Virus record (IMG/VR): IMGVR_UViG_3300046103_003349
Reading direction: 5' to 3' (one strand)
Length of the DNA: 64,000 nt
DNA from: an uncultured virus (IMG/VR IMGVR_UViG_3300046103_003349)
Taxonomy: Duplodnaviria; Heunggongvirae; Uroviricota; Caudoviricetes
Positions 35,898-45,308 of this stretch are shown in pieces. A model generated the notes under the pieces. That model was not told the origin of the DNA. It did no database searches and saw only the letters and a program-made list of their open reading frames with translations. The translations under genes and the position numbers were made by a program. The stretch's first letter is position 1. The number at the start of each line of letters is the position of its first letter.

Positions 35898-36293
35898 TTA
35901 CAACTTATTTACTTGTAAAATTATTTGAGGCTCACCTTCTTGAAAAAAATAGTGGATTTGTTGTATATGCTTAACACTATCATCTTCTATTTTATTCATT
36001 CTTTTAAGTAAATCACATAATACTTTCTGCCAAAAGAACGCTTTATTATCTAAATCAAAATGACTATTTTTATCCGATTGATAGCCTATTGATATACTTA
36101 AATTTTTTCCGAGTTCAGGGCAATCTTCTAAATGAGGTCTTAGAAATTGTTTAGCTTTATCAACTACTTGTTTTCTCACTTGATAATGAACACTACTATA
36201 AAATAAATTTGCAGTTAAGTAATAAGTAGATTTTTTATTCTTACCCAATATTACTTTTTCAATAGGGAATGGTATTATTTTTCTATAAATCAT
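35898..36293 (-). CDS. RusA-like Holliday junction resolvase
   Basis: FDLDNK...LCDLL...IEDDSVKHI catalytic Asp pattern. Confidence 0.7.
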   Translation of the reverse strand: MIYRKIIPFPIEKVILGKNKKSTYYLTANLFYSSVHYQVRKQVVDKAKQFLRPHLEDCPELGKNLSISIGYQSDKNSHFDLDNKAFFWQKVLCDLLKRMNKIEDDSVKHIQQIHYFFQEGEPQIILQVNKL

Positions 36294-36295
36294 AT

Positions 36296-36324
36296 AAAAA
36301 AAAAGTCAGGCATCCAAGCCTGAC
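36296..36324 (-). terminator. Rho-independent terminator
   Basis: GTCAGGC ttggat GCCTGAC followed by T9 on the minus strand. Confidence 0.75.
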
Positions 36325-36371
36325 CGAATTCTAAGGAATAAACACTTTGTAAAAACGAGTAGTTTAAGCCA

Positions 36372-36379
36372 CAAATATA
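36372..36379 (-). promoter_or_regulatory. -7 box TATATTTG
   Basis: Consensus Bacteroidota box ~50 nt upstream of the terminator hairpin. Confidence 0.55.
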
Positions 36380-36429
36380 TAAAAAAAAATTAGAAACAAA
36401 CATTATTTTTTAATTTTATCATTATTTAA

Positions 36430-36771
36430 TTATTTCCAAAATTGTATAGTTATAATACAAAATGCTAATAATATACTAATACTTGTTTTTAGATTTATTC
36501 CTTCATCCATTAGATAGTAGTTTAATATTGTATTTATAATTAGTCCTAAAGAAAAACCTACAAACTGAATAGACCACAAAGAACCATTTAATGATAAGAA
36601 ACCATACTTAGTGGCACTAATCATTATATAAGATATTGTTACCCCAAATGTAAGTGATATTACTAAAGGGTTTTTTTCAAAAGATGCCCATAGAAATTGA
36701 CCATTAGTTTGAGTCCATATTAAAATACCTCCTAATGTATATAGTAATGTAAATATTAAAAATTTACTCAT
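36430..36771 (-). CDS. Four-TM membrane protein (DMT/SMR-like)
   Basis: Four hydrophobic segments; EGINLKTSISILL. Confidence 0.6.
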   Translation of the reverse strand: MSKFLIFTLLYTLGGILIWTQTNGQFLWASFEKNPLVISLTFGVTISYIMISATKYGFLSLNGSLWSIQFVGFSLGLIINTILNYYLMDEGINLKTSISILLAFCIITIQFWK

Positions 36772-36804
36772 ATAATATACTTTCTATGATTTAATTTCCA
36801 CTAA

Positions 36805-37437
36805 TTACAAAAACTTTAATCCTCTTTCATTTACTTCTTTTATAGCTTCAAAATGAGCCAATGAAATCCTGTAACTTCCTTCATCACTCATTAAAACTTC
36901 TGCCTCCTTAATATTAGTCATAAATCCATTTTCAGTTAAAACAGAAGGCATTTTAGTATATTTAAGAACATAAAAATTAGAACTCTTAACTCCTCTATCT
37001 CTCCAATCCATTTCTCCAACTATATTATTTTGAAATATTCCTGCTAATCTAAAACCTTTATTAGATTTAGGAAAATGATAAGTAGATATGCCATTTGCAT
37101 TATTCCAACCTTTACCATAAGCATTATGATGTATAGATAAATAAATGCAGTTAGGTGTTTCCTGAGATATGTTATTTGCCTTTTTAACTCTATCTGATAA
37201 TGAAATATCTTTCCACTCTTCTGAAATTACACTATAACTAATATTATTTTCATCCAATAACTTCTTTAATCCTTTTAGAACTTGCCTATTTCTAACACCT
37301 TCATAAAGATATTCTCCATTATACTTGCTTGAAGAAGGAAATTGAGGACTTCTTTTACCTCTCGTTAAATATTCCCCTGTTTCAGGATGTAAACCTCCGT
37401 GTCCTGCATCCAATAACCAATGAAAATTATTATTCAT
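36805..37437 (-). CDS. N-acetylmuramoyl-L-alanine amidase (Amidase_3), likely endolysin
   Basis: LDAGHGG, YEG, RVKKAN, LSIHHNA, PSVLTENGFMTN; start set at MNNNFHW (the track extends to 37509, overlapping the upstream gene). Confidence 0.9.
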   Translation of the reverse strand: MNNNFHWLLDAGHGGLHPETGEYLTRGKRSPQFPSSSKYNGEYLYEGVRNRQVLKGLKKLLDENNISYSVISEEWKDISLSDRVKKANNISQETPNCIYLSIHHNAYGKGWNNANGISTYHFPKSNKGFRLAGIFQNNIVGEMDWRDRGVKSSNFYVLKYTKMPSVLTENGFMTNIKEAEVLMSDEGSYRISLAHFEAIKEVNERGLKFL

Positions 37438-37441
37438 TCTT

Positions 37442-38350
37442 TTATTTTTGAGGTCCGAAAGGCATATTAGTAGGTGCTTCAGGTAAACCTCCAAACACTT
37501 CATTTTCATTTACTGTTTTTGGTGGAACTTGTGATTCTCTTTGACTTCTATTCATACCCCCTTGCTGATTGGGATGATTCATATAATTTTTGATAGGACT
37601 TTGACTAATTCCTTCAGATATATTATTTGCATTAAAATATTTTTTCTTAAAATTCTCATCATTTATTATACCTTGGGCTAATTGTAATCCGAAAATTTCA
37701 TCCGAAGGAAAATGAACTCCTAAAATACATCTTGATTTAGCACATTTATCAGAGAATTTAGTCAATACATCTTGTTGGTCAGGATAACGAAAACTCAAAA
37801 CATCAGCAAAAACTTTACTTTGAACCGTATGTCCTGAAGGATAAGATGGAGATTGACCTGAAACTGTAGGCATTGGATTTAAAGGATATGAAAGTATATT
37901 AGCTAATTGATATGGTCTTATTCTATTGTAATAATACTTTAACTTCATTATAATAGGATTTATATCTTTATATAATCCCTTAACAAAACCTTCAGCATTA
38001 GAAACTCCACAATTTTGTGCCATTTCTACTAACATAGATGATAAATCATCATCAAATTTTATACTTAATTCTACAACTTTATCGTGTTGTAGCTTTTTCA
38101 TTTCTTCTCTTATTTTTTCTAATTCTTTTTTTGCATATTCTCCATCGTTATTTGGATAAGGCTTTTGCATATAATGATTAGCTATATAATCATAATCACC
38201 TTCTTCTCTAATTAGAATATCTTGAGCAGCATTTGGATTCCCATAAGTTAATTCATTAACAGGAATTAAACCATATTTTGTTTTAGGTGATTTAGAATTT
38301 ATAGACATATATGAGTTTTTAGTATTATTTCTTTTTCTATTTCTAGCCAT
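37442..38350 (-). CDS. PAP2-superfamily (acid/lipid) phosphatase
   Basis: KYYYNRIRP, PSYPSGH, SRCILGVHFPSD: all three PAP2 motifs. Confidence 0.88.
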   Translation of the reverse strand: MARNRKRNNTKNSYMSINSKSPKTKYGLIPVNELTYGNPNAAQDILIREEGDYDYIANHYMQKPYPNNDGEYAKKELEKIREEMKKLQHDKVVELSIKFDDDLSSMLVEMAQNCGVSNAEGFVKGLYKDINPIIMKLKYYYNRIRPYQLANILSYPLNPMPTVSGQSPSYPSGHTVQSKVFADVLSFRYPDQQDVLTKFSDKCAKSRCILGVHFPSDEIFGLQLAQGIINDENFKKKYFNANNISEGISQSPIKNYMNHPNQQGGMNRSQRESQVPPKTVNENEVFGGLPEAPTNMPFGPQK

Positions 38351-38358
38351 TTAAATAA

Positions 38359-38841
38359 TTAAAAAAAGTAATCAAACAAACCTCCCTTTTTAGATTCTTC
38401 TGCTTGTGCTTGTGCTTTGGCTTGTGAATTAGCTATAGCAGTTGACTCTTCAATTGCCCTTTGCTCTTCCCATAATCTTTCTTCTTTTTTTAATCTTTCA
38501 TTTTCTGCCAACCTTTTAGCATCCTCTTCTTCTTGTTGTTTTTTTAACACTTTAGATTCTTCTTCTATTTTCTTCTTTTTTTCTTCATCTAATTTTGCCT
38601 GTTGAAAAGTTGTGTTCATATCTTCATAAATTTGAACACATACAGATTTAGAGAACCTATTAAGTTTATTTATGTCAATTTCGGACATTACATACTCTTC
38701 TCCTTTTTTATCTGCTCTTGATTCTTTTAAAGAAATTCCTCTTAACATATGATTGAAATCTGTTAAGTAATTTTGAGCCTCAGGACTGAGGTTGGTTTTT
38801 TGAAGATTATTCTGCTCCATTAAAACTTGGTGTGGGTACAT
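38359..38841 (-). CDS. Coiled-coil hypothetical protein
   Basis: E/K-rich helix; ends KKGGLFDYFF. Confidence 0.6.
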   Translation of the reverse strand: MYPHQVLMEQNNLQKTNLSPEAQNYLTDFNHMLRGISLKESRADKKGEEYVMSEIDINKLNRFSKSVCVQIYEDMNTTFQQAKLDEEKKKKIEEESKVLKKQQEEEDAKRLAENERLKKEERLWEEQRAIEESTAIANSQAKAQAQAEESKKGGLFDYFF

Positions 38842-38901
38842 AGTGTAAAGTTTTTAGTTATTAATTATTTTTTTGAACCGATTAATTTTGCTAATCGGCT
38901 C

Positions 38902-39474
38902 TTAATTTTGTGAACCGGGTCTTAATATTCCCGAATCTATATCTGCTCTCAATTCTTGTAATTTTCTTATCAAATCTTTAAGTAAATTATTTGCATCTTT
39001 CTTATATTGTATCATTTCAACACAATTCTTAACAATAGACTCTATATTAAATGCAATAGCTTTTTGTTCAGTTTTATTTATCTTTTGACCTGAATCAGAT
39101 TTGTTTTCAATGGTTTCTGCTTCATTTTTTAGTGATGCACTTGGCTTTAAACTGCCATCTGATACTGCTTTTCCTGATTTAATGTTTTTTTTTGTTGTGC
39201 TTTGAGATTTTAAATAACTTCCTCTCATTTTTTCAAGCATTTTCATACACTCTGCCTGAGTCATTGAACCTGAAATTGTTTTTTCAGCTTTTGGTTTAGC
39301 CTTTGGTTTTGGTTTTAAAGATTCTTCCAAAGCAATAATTTCATCATTAATCTTTGTAATATTTACTTCAAATTTTTTAACCATACCATCTTTTCCTTTA
39401 GCCAAGAAATTATCTCTCATTCTTTCTTGTGTCTTGAGATTTTTTTGTAATTCTTCTATTTTTGTTTTAGACAT
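38902..39474 (-). CDS. Basic coiled-coil hypothetical protein
   Basis: Intact ORF with -7 box upstream. Confidence 0.6.
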   Translation of the reverse strand: MSKTKIEELQKNLKTQERMRDNFLAKGKDGMVKKFEVNITKINDEIIALEESLKPKPKAKPKAEKTISGSMTQAECMKMLEKMRGSYLKSQSTTKKNIKSGKAVSDGSLKPSASLKNEAETIENKSDSGQKINKTEQKAIAFNIESIVKNCVEMIQYKKDANNLLKDLIRKLQELRADIDSGILRPGSQN

Positions 39475-39494
39475 TTTGCTATTGTTTTATTTTA

Positions 39495-39502
39495 CAAATA
39501 TA
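39495..39502 (-). promoter_or_regulatory. -7 box TATATTTG
   Basis: TAnnTTTG ~20 nt upstream of ATG 39474. Confidence 0.55.
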
Positions 39503-39558
39503 TTATTTTTTAAAATAATTTAACACATTTGTGAGATTAATTTATCATTTCAACTATA

Positions 39559-41172
39559 TTACACCGATTTTACTAATATATTATTGATTATTTTTTGTAT
39601 AGAATCATACCTAATTAAATTCATATTTTTTTCATCTTGGCTCATACTATTGTCTAATATTTTTTTGCTTATTTTTAACTGATTATATAACCAATCTAAT
39701 TTAAAGTTATTAGTTTTTGTTTTGCCCCCTTTTGAATAATATGGGTTAGTCCTCTCTTGCCTTAACCAATCCTCTCCATCTGTTTTATCATCTTTATAAC
39801 CCGTTGGTGGCTCTACAACTTCTGCCTCTACATTCATTAAGTTGGTATATCCTCTTTCATTAACCCATTTTTTTGCAAGTTCTTTTGCCTCTTGCTCATT
39901 TAAAGCATAACCCCCAATACTTTGCTCGGCTTCATCCTCAAATGTAAAACTAATCTCATAGTATTGTTTAGTGTCGTGTTTATCTACCTCCCCTCCTTTC
40001 TTAAAAGAAAATTCATCTTTCATCTTAATCACTTCTTTTGCTGATATTTTAAAAACTACATTTTCTTTTAATTCAGCATAACCATCAAGCTCAGTATATC
40101 CACCTCTTTTCTTTTTACTTGTATCATATTTAACAATCGCATATTTACTTTTTGGATATTCTTTAGAACTATATATTCCATCTTCACTTTTAAGATAATC
40201 AAATAGGTTGTTCATAGCTTGAGTAAATTTTAGAGAAACATTTGGCACTCCTCTATTTGTTGTATAAGAACCTAATTCTAACCATCCTATATAATTATTT
40301 TCTATTCTATAATAAATCTCCCTTTCAATCTCCCCACCTTTAGCCATCATTTTTTTTATTGCTGACACCTTTTCTGTCATTCCACCCTTTTCCATTTTAA
40401 GTTCTTTGGCATCTACTTTGGCTGCTTTACCTCCCATTACTGCACTATATACTCTTGCTTGAGCCCATTGCTCTTTAGACTTAACATTAGGTCTAACACT
40501 TGAGGGATTTGTTTTATATGCCCCTATACCTTTATTATATATCTTTTGTATTCCTTTTTTTGAAACTCCTGTATCTTCTGAAATTTCTGATAATGAATTT
40601 GACTCTTCTAAATCATTTCCATACTTTTTGTTATATTTCTGTTTCCAAGTTTTTGCTTCTTTGGTCTTGCCACCTTTTGCATAATCTTCAGGGTTTATCT
40701 CTATCAACCTTTCTACATATTTTTTTGCTTCTGAAAGAGTTTCAAACTCTCCCTTTAAATCCTCTACTTGTCCATACTCATTCTTTCCATAAACCAACCA
40801 ATATCCTCTCCTTTCAAAGTTATCTCCCCAATCTCTTTCATAAAACTTACCTTCTCTATGAATTAACCAATTTCCATTTTCAGAAATATATCCTCCCACA
40901 TTTTCATAGGCACTTTCACTTTCCATAGTAGAACTCCACCCATCATCTCCTATGTTTTTTTTCCATACTATCCCACCTTTAGCATATTTAAAACCTTTAT
41001 CAAAATCTGCTTCCTCTAACTCTTCCTCTAATACTTCAGGATTCTTACAATGAAACTTTATATGGTTAGCATAGTCATCTAATGTAACTATTCCATTATT
41101 ATTTAAATCAAAATGCTCGTGCAATTCATCTTTAGTTATGTTGTTGGGATTTTTAGGAAATTTTTTATACAT
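39559..41172 (-). CDS. Polyprotein with KGG linkers (EF-hand-like N-module; DUF5824-like module)
   Basis: YAKGG x2, MEKGG, MAKGG, FKKGG, YSKGG; FDLNNNGIVTLDDY; IYNKGIGAYKT..RP..QWAQARV. Confidence 0.78.
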   Translation of the reverse strand: MYKKFPKNPNNITKDELHEHFDLNNNGIVTLDDYANHIKFHCKNPEVLEEELEEADFDKGFKYAKGGIVWKKNIGDDGWSSTMESESAYENVGGYISENGNWLIHREGKFYERDWGDNFERRGYWLVYGKNEYGQVEDLKGEFETLSEAKKYVERLIEINPEDYAKGGKTKEAKTWKQKYNKKYGNDLEESNSLSEISEDTGVSKKGIQKIYNKGIGAYKTNPSSVRPNVKSKEQWAQARVYSAVMGGKAAKVDAKELKMEKGGMTEKVSAIKKMMAKGGEIEREIYYRIENNYIGWLELGSYTTNRGVPNVSLKFTQAMNNLFDYLKSEDGIYSSKEYPKSKYAIVKYDTSKKKRGGYTELDGYAELKENVVFKISAKEVIKMKDEFSFKKGGEVDKHDTKQYYEISFTFEDEAEQSIGGYALNEQEAKELAKKWVNERGYTNLMNVEAEVVEPPTGYKDDKTDGEDWLRQERTNPYYSKGGKTKTNNFKLDWLYNQLKISKKILDNSMSQDEKNMNLIRYDSIQKIINNILVKSV

Positions 41173-41176
41173 TATT

Positions 41177-44100
41177 TTATTTCTTTTTCAATTTATCTAA
41201 TTCTTTTTTCATTTCTTTTTTAATATAATCATCTTTTTCTTCAGAAATCATTTGCTCTATCATTTTAATGTCCTCATCTTTTTCTGAACTAACCTCACCT
41301 CCTTTTTTAAACTCTTCTTTTTTCATTTCTATTTTGTCTTTAATTACAATAGGAGCATCTTCAAATTTTATTTTTTTGCCAAAATGACTAATGTCTGAAG
41401 GAAATTCATTTCTATTTCCTACAAACATATCCATACTCGTATTAGGCATATTTTGAGTATTCATATCATATACATCCCTATCAATAATAACAGTATAATT
41501 ACCATCATCATCATATTGATATATTTCAATATAACTCATATCTAATTTACCTCCGTGCTCAAGCAGTTCTGCCCCACTATTATCAGTAGTTATTATTACA
41601 TTACCAACTTCTTTTCCTGATGTTTCTCTAATTTTACTTTTAAGTTCTTCTAATTCTTCTTTACTCAATTCAAATTTATTAACATTTCTATCAGAAACAT
41701 CTAATACAAAACTCCAACTTGTATTTCCTGATTTACTTAAAATACCCCTTCCTGTTGATGCATCTATTTCTCCCCACTTCTTATCACTCTGTATTCTAAT
41801 AATATTAGTTTTTCCTGTTATAGGATATACGATAAAGTCTTGTGGCTTTCTCATACCTTTTACCTTTAAATCAAAAGATAATGTTCCCATATAGTTTTTA
41901 TGATAGTTTGTTATAGGTGATGCAGTTTCTCCACCCTCTGCGTAGGTAGAGCCACTATCTGTGTTATGGATTTTTGTAATAACCTTTGCATCAATATTTT
42001 TAGATATAAAATTTTGAACTGCTACTTCGTTTTTTTTCATATAAATTCTACCTTTCATAGTATTATTAGATGTGTGTTTGATTTCTCCAACAACAATATA
42101 AATATCTATATCCCGATTGTACTTTTTAAAATTATCTGATAATAACGAACCACCACCTATTGCAGTATAGCCTTGATTAGAATACATTTCAAGTATTTCA
42201 TCTTTGGATTGAGTTGTTTTTCTCGTATCAATAAACACTCCATTAGGCAAGTTTATCTCTCCACCCTCTGCGTAGGTATAACCGCCTTTGGAATATTCAT
42301 TTTTATTTTCAGATTTACTAACTGAAAAGAAATACCCCCAATCATTTCCATTATCACTTGGCTTTGAAATAAGTATAGGTTCACTATCATACCACCCTGT
42401 AAATTTATTATTAGGATATTCTATTATATTCTCTAATTCCTTTTTAACTTTTTCCCAATTAACACCATCGACAAACGACCCTCTTTTTTCAATCATTTCA
42501 TTCATAGTGTCATAGGTTTCGGTAAATCCGCTACTTGTAACACTTGGGGTTGAATGTTTATGAAATTTATATCTATATGTCGCTTTTTGTATTGGTCTTA
42601 TGTTTAAGTGTACCCATTCATCAACTTCTTCAACTTCTACTACAACATTATTAAATTTTGATTCCACGATTCTCTTTAAACGGATTGCTTCATCTATATC
42701 TTTGTCAGAGGCTAATTCCTCTCCCACATTTCCGTTTTCTCTTGTACTATACATAATGAGGTCTTTTTCATCTTCATCATATAAAGTCATATAAGTATCG
42801 CTACTCTCAATTAGTTTTACTATGTCAGAATGATTTTTTATCTCTCCACCCTCTGCGTAGGTAGAACCGCCTTTTGCATAACCATCATCAGAAACAACAT
42901 CTATATTTCCTGACCTTGTTCCAAATACAATCGTGTCCGTTGGTCCTGTTCTAATTTTAAGAGGTAAAGGAATAGGGTCATCAGAATAACCAAGTTTTTC
43001 AATTTTACCTTTGTATCTCTTTCCATTATTTATTCTAACTATAACATTGTCGCCAACCTTAAAACCCCCACCTGTTTTGCCACCTTTTGCATATCTATCT
43101 CTGATTTTTTGTCTTTTAGGTGAGTTCAAATCTCTTTGTGGGAGATAAGTTGGGTGAATATCTATCCACGATTGCAAATAACCTTTTGCTCCGTTATAAT
43201 CTGCTTTTGATATTTTTTTATCTTTTAATAATTTATTAAGTTCTTCAAATGTAAAACTGTCTGCTAATTCTCTAGTTTCTATGCCTGAACTCATAAGATT
43301 ACCACCTTTTGCATAAGTTTTATCTACACTTTCAATTAATTCATCATAAGTGATTAAACCTTGGTTATATTTTTTAATTCTATCATCTAAAGACAAGTAA
43401 TTTACATCTGCACTTGCTTTTGAAAATTTTGGATTTTTATCATCTATATCACTATTAAGGTCATTTCCATCAGACATAAAATAAACCCTACCATTTTCAA
43501 TGTTAATTTTTATTAATGGTAAAGACTTGCTAATTCTACCTGTTTCGGTTTCATTACGAAATAGCATTTCATTAGGTTTTAAAGCTATATGGGAATAAAA
43601 CTTTCTATCATAATCATCTAACAAAAACAAGTAGTAATCTCCTGTATTCCGTTTATTATAAGTATGAGAAAAAGAACCTACTGCTTTTTGATTATTAATG
43701 TTTTTATAATTCTCCCAAATCTTAACACCTCCATTACCCATTCTTCTATTTGCGTAATTGTCTGTATCTGTATATGTAACCTCTCCACCTTTAGCCATCA
43801 TATAGTTTTCATTTCTATCTCTATCTAATTTAGATATTTCATCTTGTGTTGGCTTTCTAAAGTCCGTAATAAAACCTCTTCCACCTTTATTTTCTATTGA
43901 TTTAAGGAAAGTATTAGCAACCTCTTTAGTGTCAAAACTCTTATTCTTTAGAGGAATACCTTTAGGAATGTCAGATACACTTGAATAATAATTAACTATA
44001 TAATAAGTTTTACCCTCTAAATAACCACCTTTTGCAAACTTACCTCCCTCATCTATGTAGTACAAATCTCCTTCATACTCAAATCCTATTGCTTCTTGAC

Positions 44101-45304
44101 CCCATCTTTTTGCCCATTGTTTAACTTTAGAAACTACCTTGCTTTCATTCTTTTTCCAATCTTTATTATTAGCGAATACTGATACCTTTACTATATCTTC
44201 TTCTATTATCTCTCCTGATGTTGATTTGTAACCTCCATCGGTATCAGTTTCAGTATATCCTCCAAACTCATTAGCAACATATTTTTCTACTTCATCTACT
44301 CTTTTATCTAACTCTTTTTTAGATATTTTATTTCCTACATCAGATGTTGAAGGAACATATATTACAAAATTCTTATCAAACTTAAATTCTTTAGATAAAG
44401 CACCACCTTTAGAATAAATTGCCTTTTCTTTAAAAAGTTTTTCCATTTCCTTGTCAAAATCTTTTCTTTCTTCTTCATTAAATGCCTCATCTGATACTTC
44501 CGACCAATCTTCATTACTATCCATAGGTCTATATAATATAATATCTTCATCTTTTTTATATTCAGAGCCATATTTTTTAGATTTCATTATAGGTCTTAAA
44601 TCAAAAGCATCATTTCCTAATCCATAGTCAAAAGTCCAACCTTTAGATTCTAATTTATTTAGTAATTTTTTGGTTTGATTATAATCATCTAATTCTCCCT
44701 CCTGCATAATATCATCTGATATATCTTTAGGCAATAAATCATATTCAGAGAAGTAATCTATATTAGGGTCGTATTTAAAAGTTTCTCCTCCTTTTGCATA
44801 TTCTAATGTAGGACCTTTATCTAAATCTGCTATTTTTTCAATTGGGTTATACTCTTTTGTTTTTTCATTCTGAACACCAACTTGATATTTTAATTGAGAT
44901 TGGTCTAATTTATTTAACTCTTCTTTTAAATCTCCATAACTTGATATTTGTGCCGTTTCGCCACCTTCTGCGAAAAATAAATTATCAGACATTTTAGGTA
45001 ATACAAAATCCTCTACCCTAGACTCATCATCTAAATCTGTATCAGGCAATTCTGATTCTTGATGGTAGTCAGGATTACCTGCATCACTATCATATGCATA
45101 TCTTTCTATTTTTTCAGCTTCTTCTTCTTCATTGGTCTGCATAGGCAAGTTTGCATTTATATACTCTATTTTTTTTTGATTTTCATCAAATTCTTCTTTC
45201 ATAGCAGTATCATCAAGTTCATCTTTCAGAAATTCCTGTTCTTCCATTAATTCAATTAATGCTGATTTTAATTCTTCTTGTGATTTTCCTCTGAATTCTT
45301 CCAT
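41177..45304 (-). CDS. Large polyvalent polyprotein with ~15 xx(K/E)GG linkers
   Basis: FAEGG, YAKGG x4, YSKGG x2, FAKGG, MAKGG, MGNGG, YAEGG x3, LEHGG, FKKGG separate mostly 50-190-aa modules, including a DUF3574-like one (FGGYT...GY...WGQEAI). Confidence 0.8.
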   Translation of the reverse strand: MEEFRGKSQEELKSALIELMEEQEFLKDELDDTAMKEEFDENQKKIEYINANLPMQTNEEEEAEKIERYAYDSDAGNPDYHQESELPDTDLDDESRVEDFVLPKMSDNLFFAEGGETAQISSYGDLKEELNKLDQSQLKYQVGVQNEKTKEYNPIEKIADLDKGPTLEYAKGGETFKYDPNIDYFSEYDLLPKDISDDIMQEGELDDYNQTKKLLNKLESKGWTFDYGLGNDAFDLRPIMKSKKYGSEYKKDEDIILYRPMDSNEDWSEVSDEAFNEEERKDFDKEMEKLFKEKAIYSKGGALSKEFKFDKNFVIYVPSTSDVGNKISKKELDKRVDEVEKYVANEFGGYTETDTDGGYKSTSGEIIEEDIVKVSVFANNKDWKKNESKVVSKVKQWAKRWGQEAIGFEYEGDLYYIDEGGKFAKGGYLEGKTYYIVNYYSSVSDIPKGIPLKNKSFDTKEVANTFLKSIENKGGRGFITDFRKPTQDEISKLDRDRNENYMMAKGGEVTYTDTDNYANRRMGNGGVKIWENYKNINNQKAVGSFSHTYNKRNTGDYYLFLLDDYDRKFYSHIALKPNEMLFRNETETGRISKSLPLIKINIENGRVYFMSDGNDLNSDIDDKNPKFSKASADVNYLSLDDRIKKYNQGLITYDELIESVDKTYAKGGNLMSSGIETRELADSFTFEELNKLLKDKKISKADYNGAKGYLQSWIDIHPTYLPQRDLNSPKRQKIRDRYAKGGKTGGGFKVGDNVIVRINNGKRYKGKIEKLGYSDDPIPLPLKIRTGPTDTIVFGTRSGNIDVVSDDGYAKGGSTYAEGGEIKNHSDIVKLIESSDTYMTLYDEDEKDLIMYSTRENGNVGEELASDKDIDEAIRLKRIVESKFNNVVVEVEEVDEWVHLNIRPIQKATYRYKFHKHSTPSVTSSGFTETYDTMNEMIEKRGSFVDGVNWEKVKKELENIIEYPNNKFTGWYDSEPILISKPSDNGNDWGYFFSVSKSENKNEYSKGGYTYAEGGEINLPNGVFIDTRKTTQSKDEILEMYSNQGYTAIGGGSLLSDNFKKYNRDIDIYIVVGEIKHTSNNTMKGRIYMKKNEVAVQNFISKNIDAKVITKIHNTDSGSTYAEGGETASPITNYHKNYMGTLSFDLKVKGMRKPQDFIVYPITGKTNIIRIQSDKKWGEIDASTGRGILSKSGNTSWSFVLDVSDRNVNKFELSKEELEELKSKIRETSGKEVGNVIITTDNSGAELLEHGGKLDMSYIEIYQYDDDGNYTVIIDRDVYDMNTQNMPNTSMDMFVGNRNEFPSDISHFGKKIKFEDAPIVIKDKIEMKKEEFKKGGEVSSEKDEDIKMIEQMISEEKDDYIKKEMKKELDKLKKK

Positions 45305-45308
45305 TTTT

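Noticed and set aside
36805..37509. Track start for the amidase at 37509 (and 62145 for the 61516 ORF)
   Set aside because: The extensions overlap the upstream gene or promoter; ATGs at 37437 and 62103 fit better.
38876..38900. Hairpin ccgatta...taatcgg as a terminator
   Set aside because: There is no U-tract on the transcribed (minus) strand; the function is unclear.
39559..45304. Double-glycine bacteriocin/RiPP precursors
   Set aside because: There is no C39 peptidase ABC transporter or modifying enzyme in the window, and the GG motifs are internal linkers between globular-sized modules.
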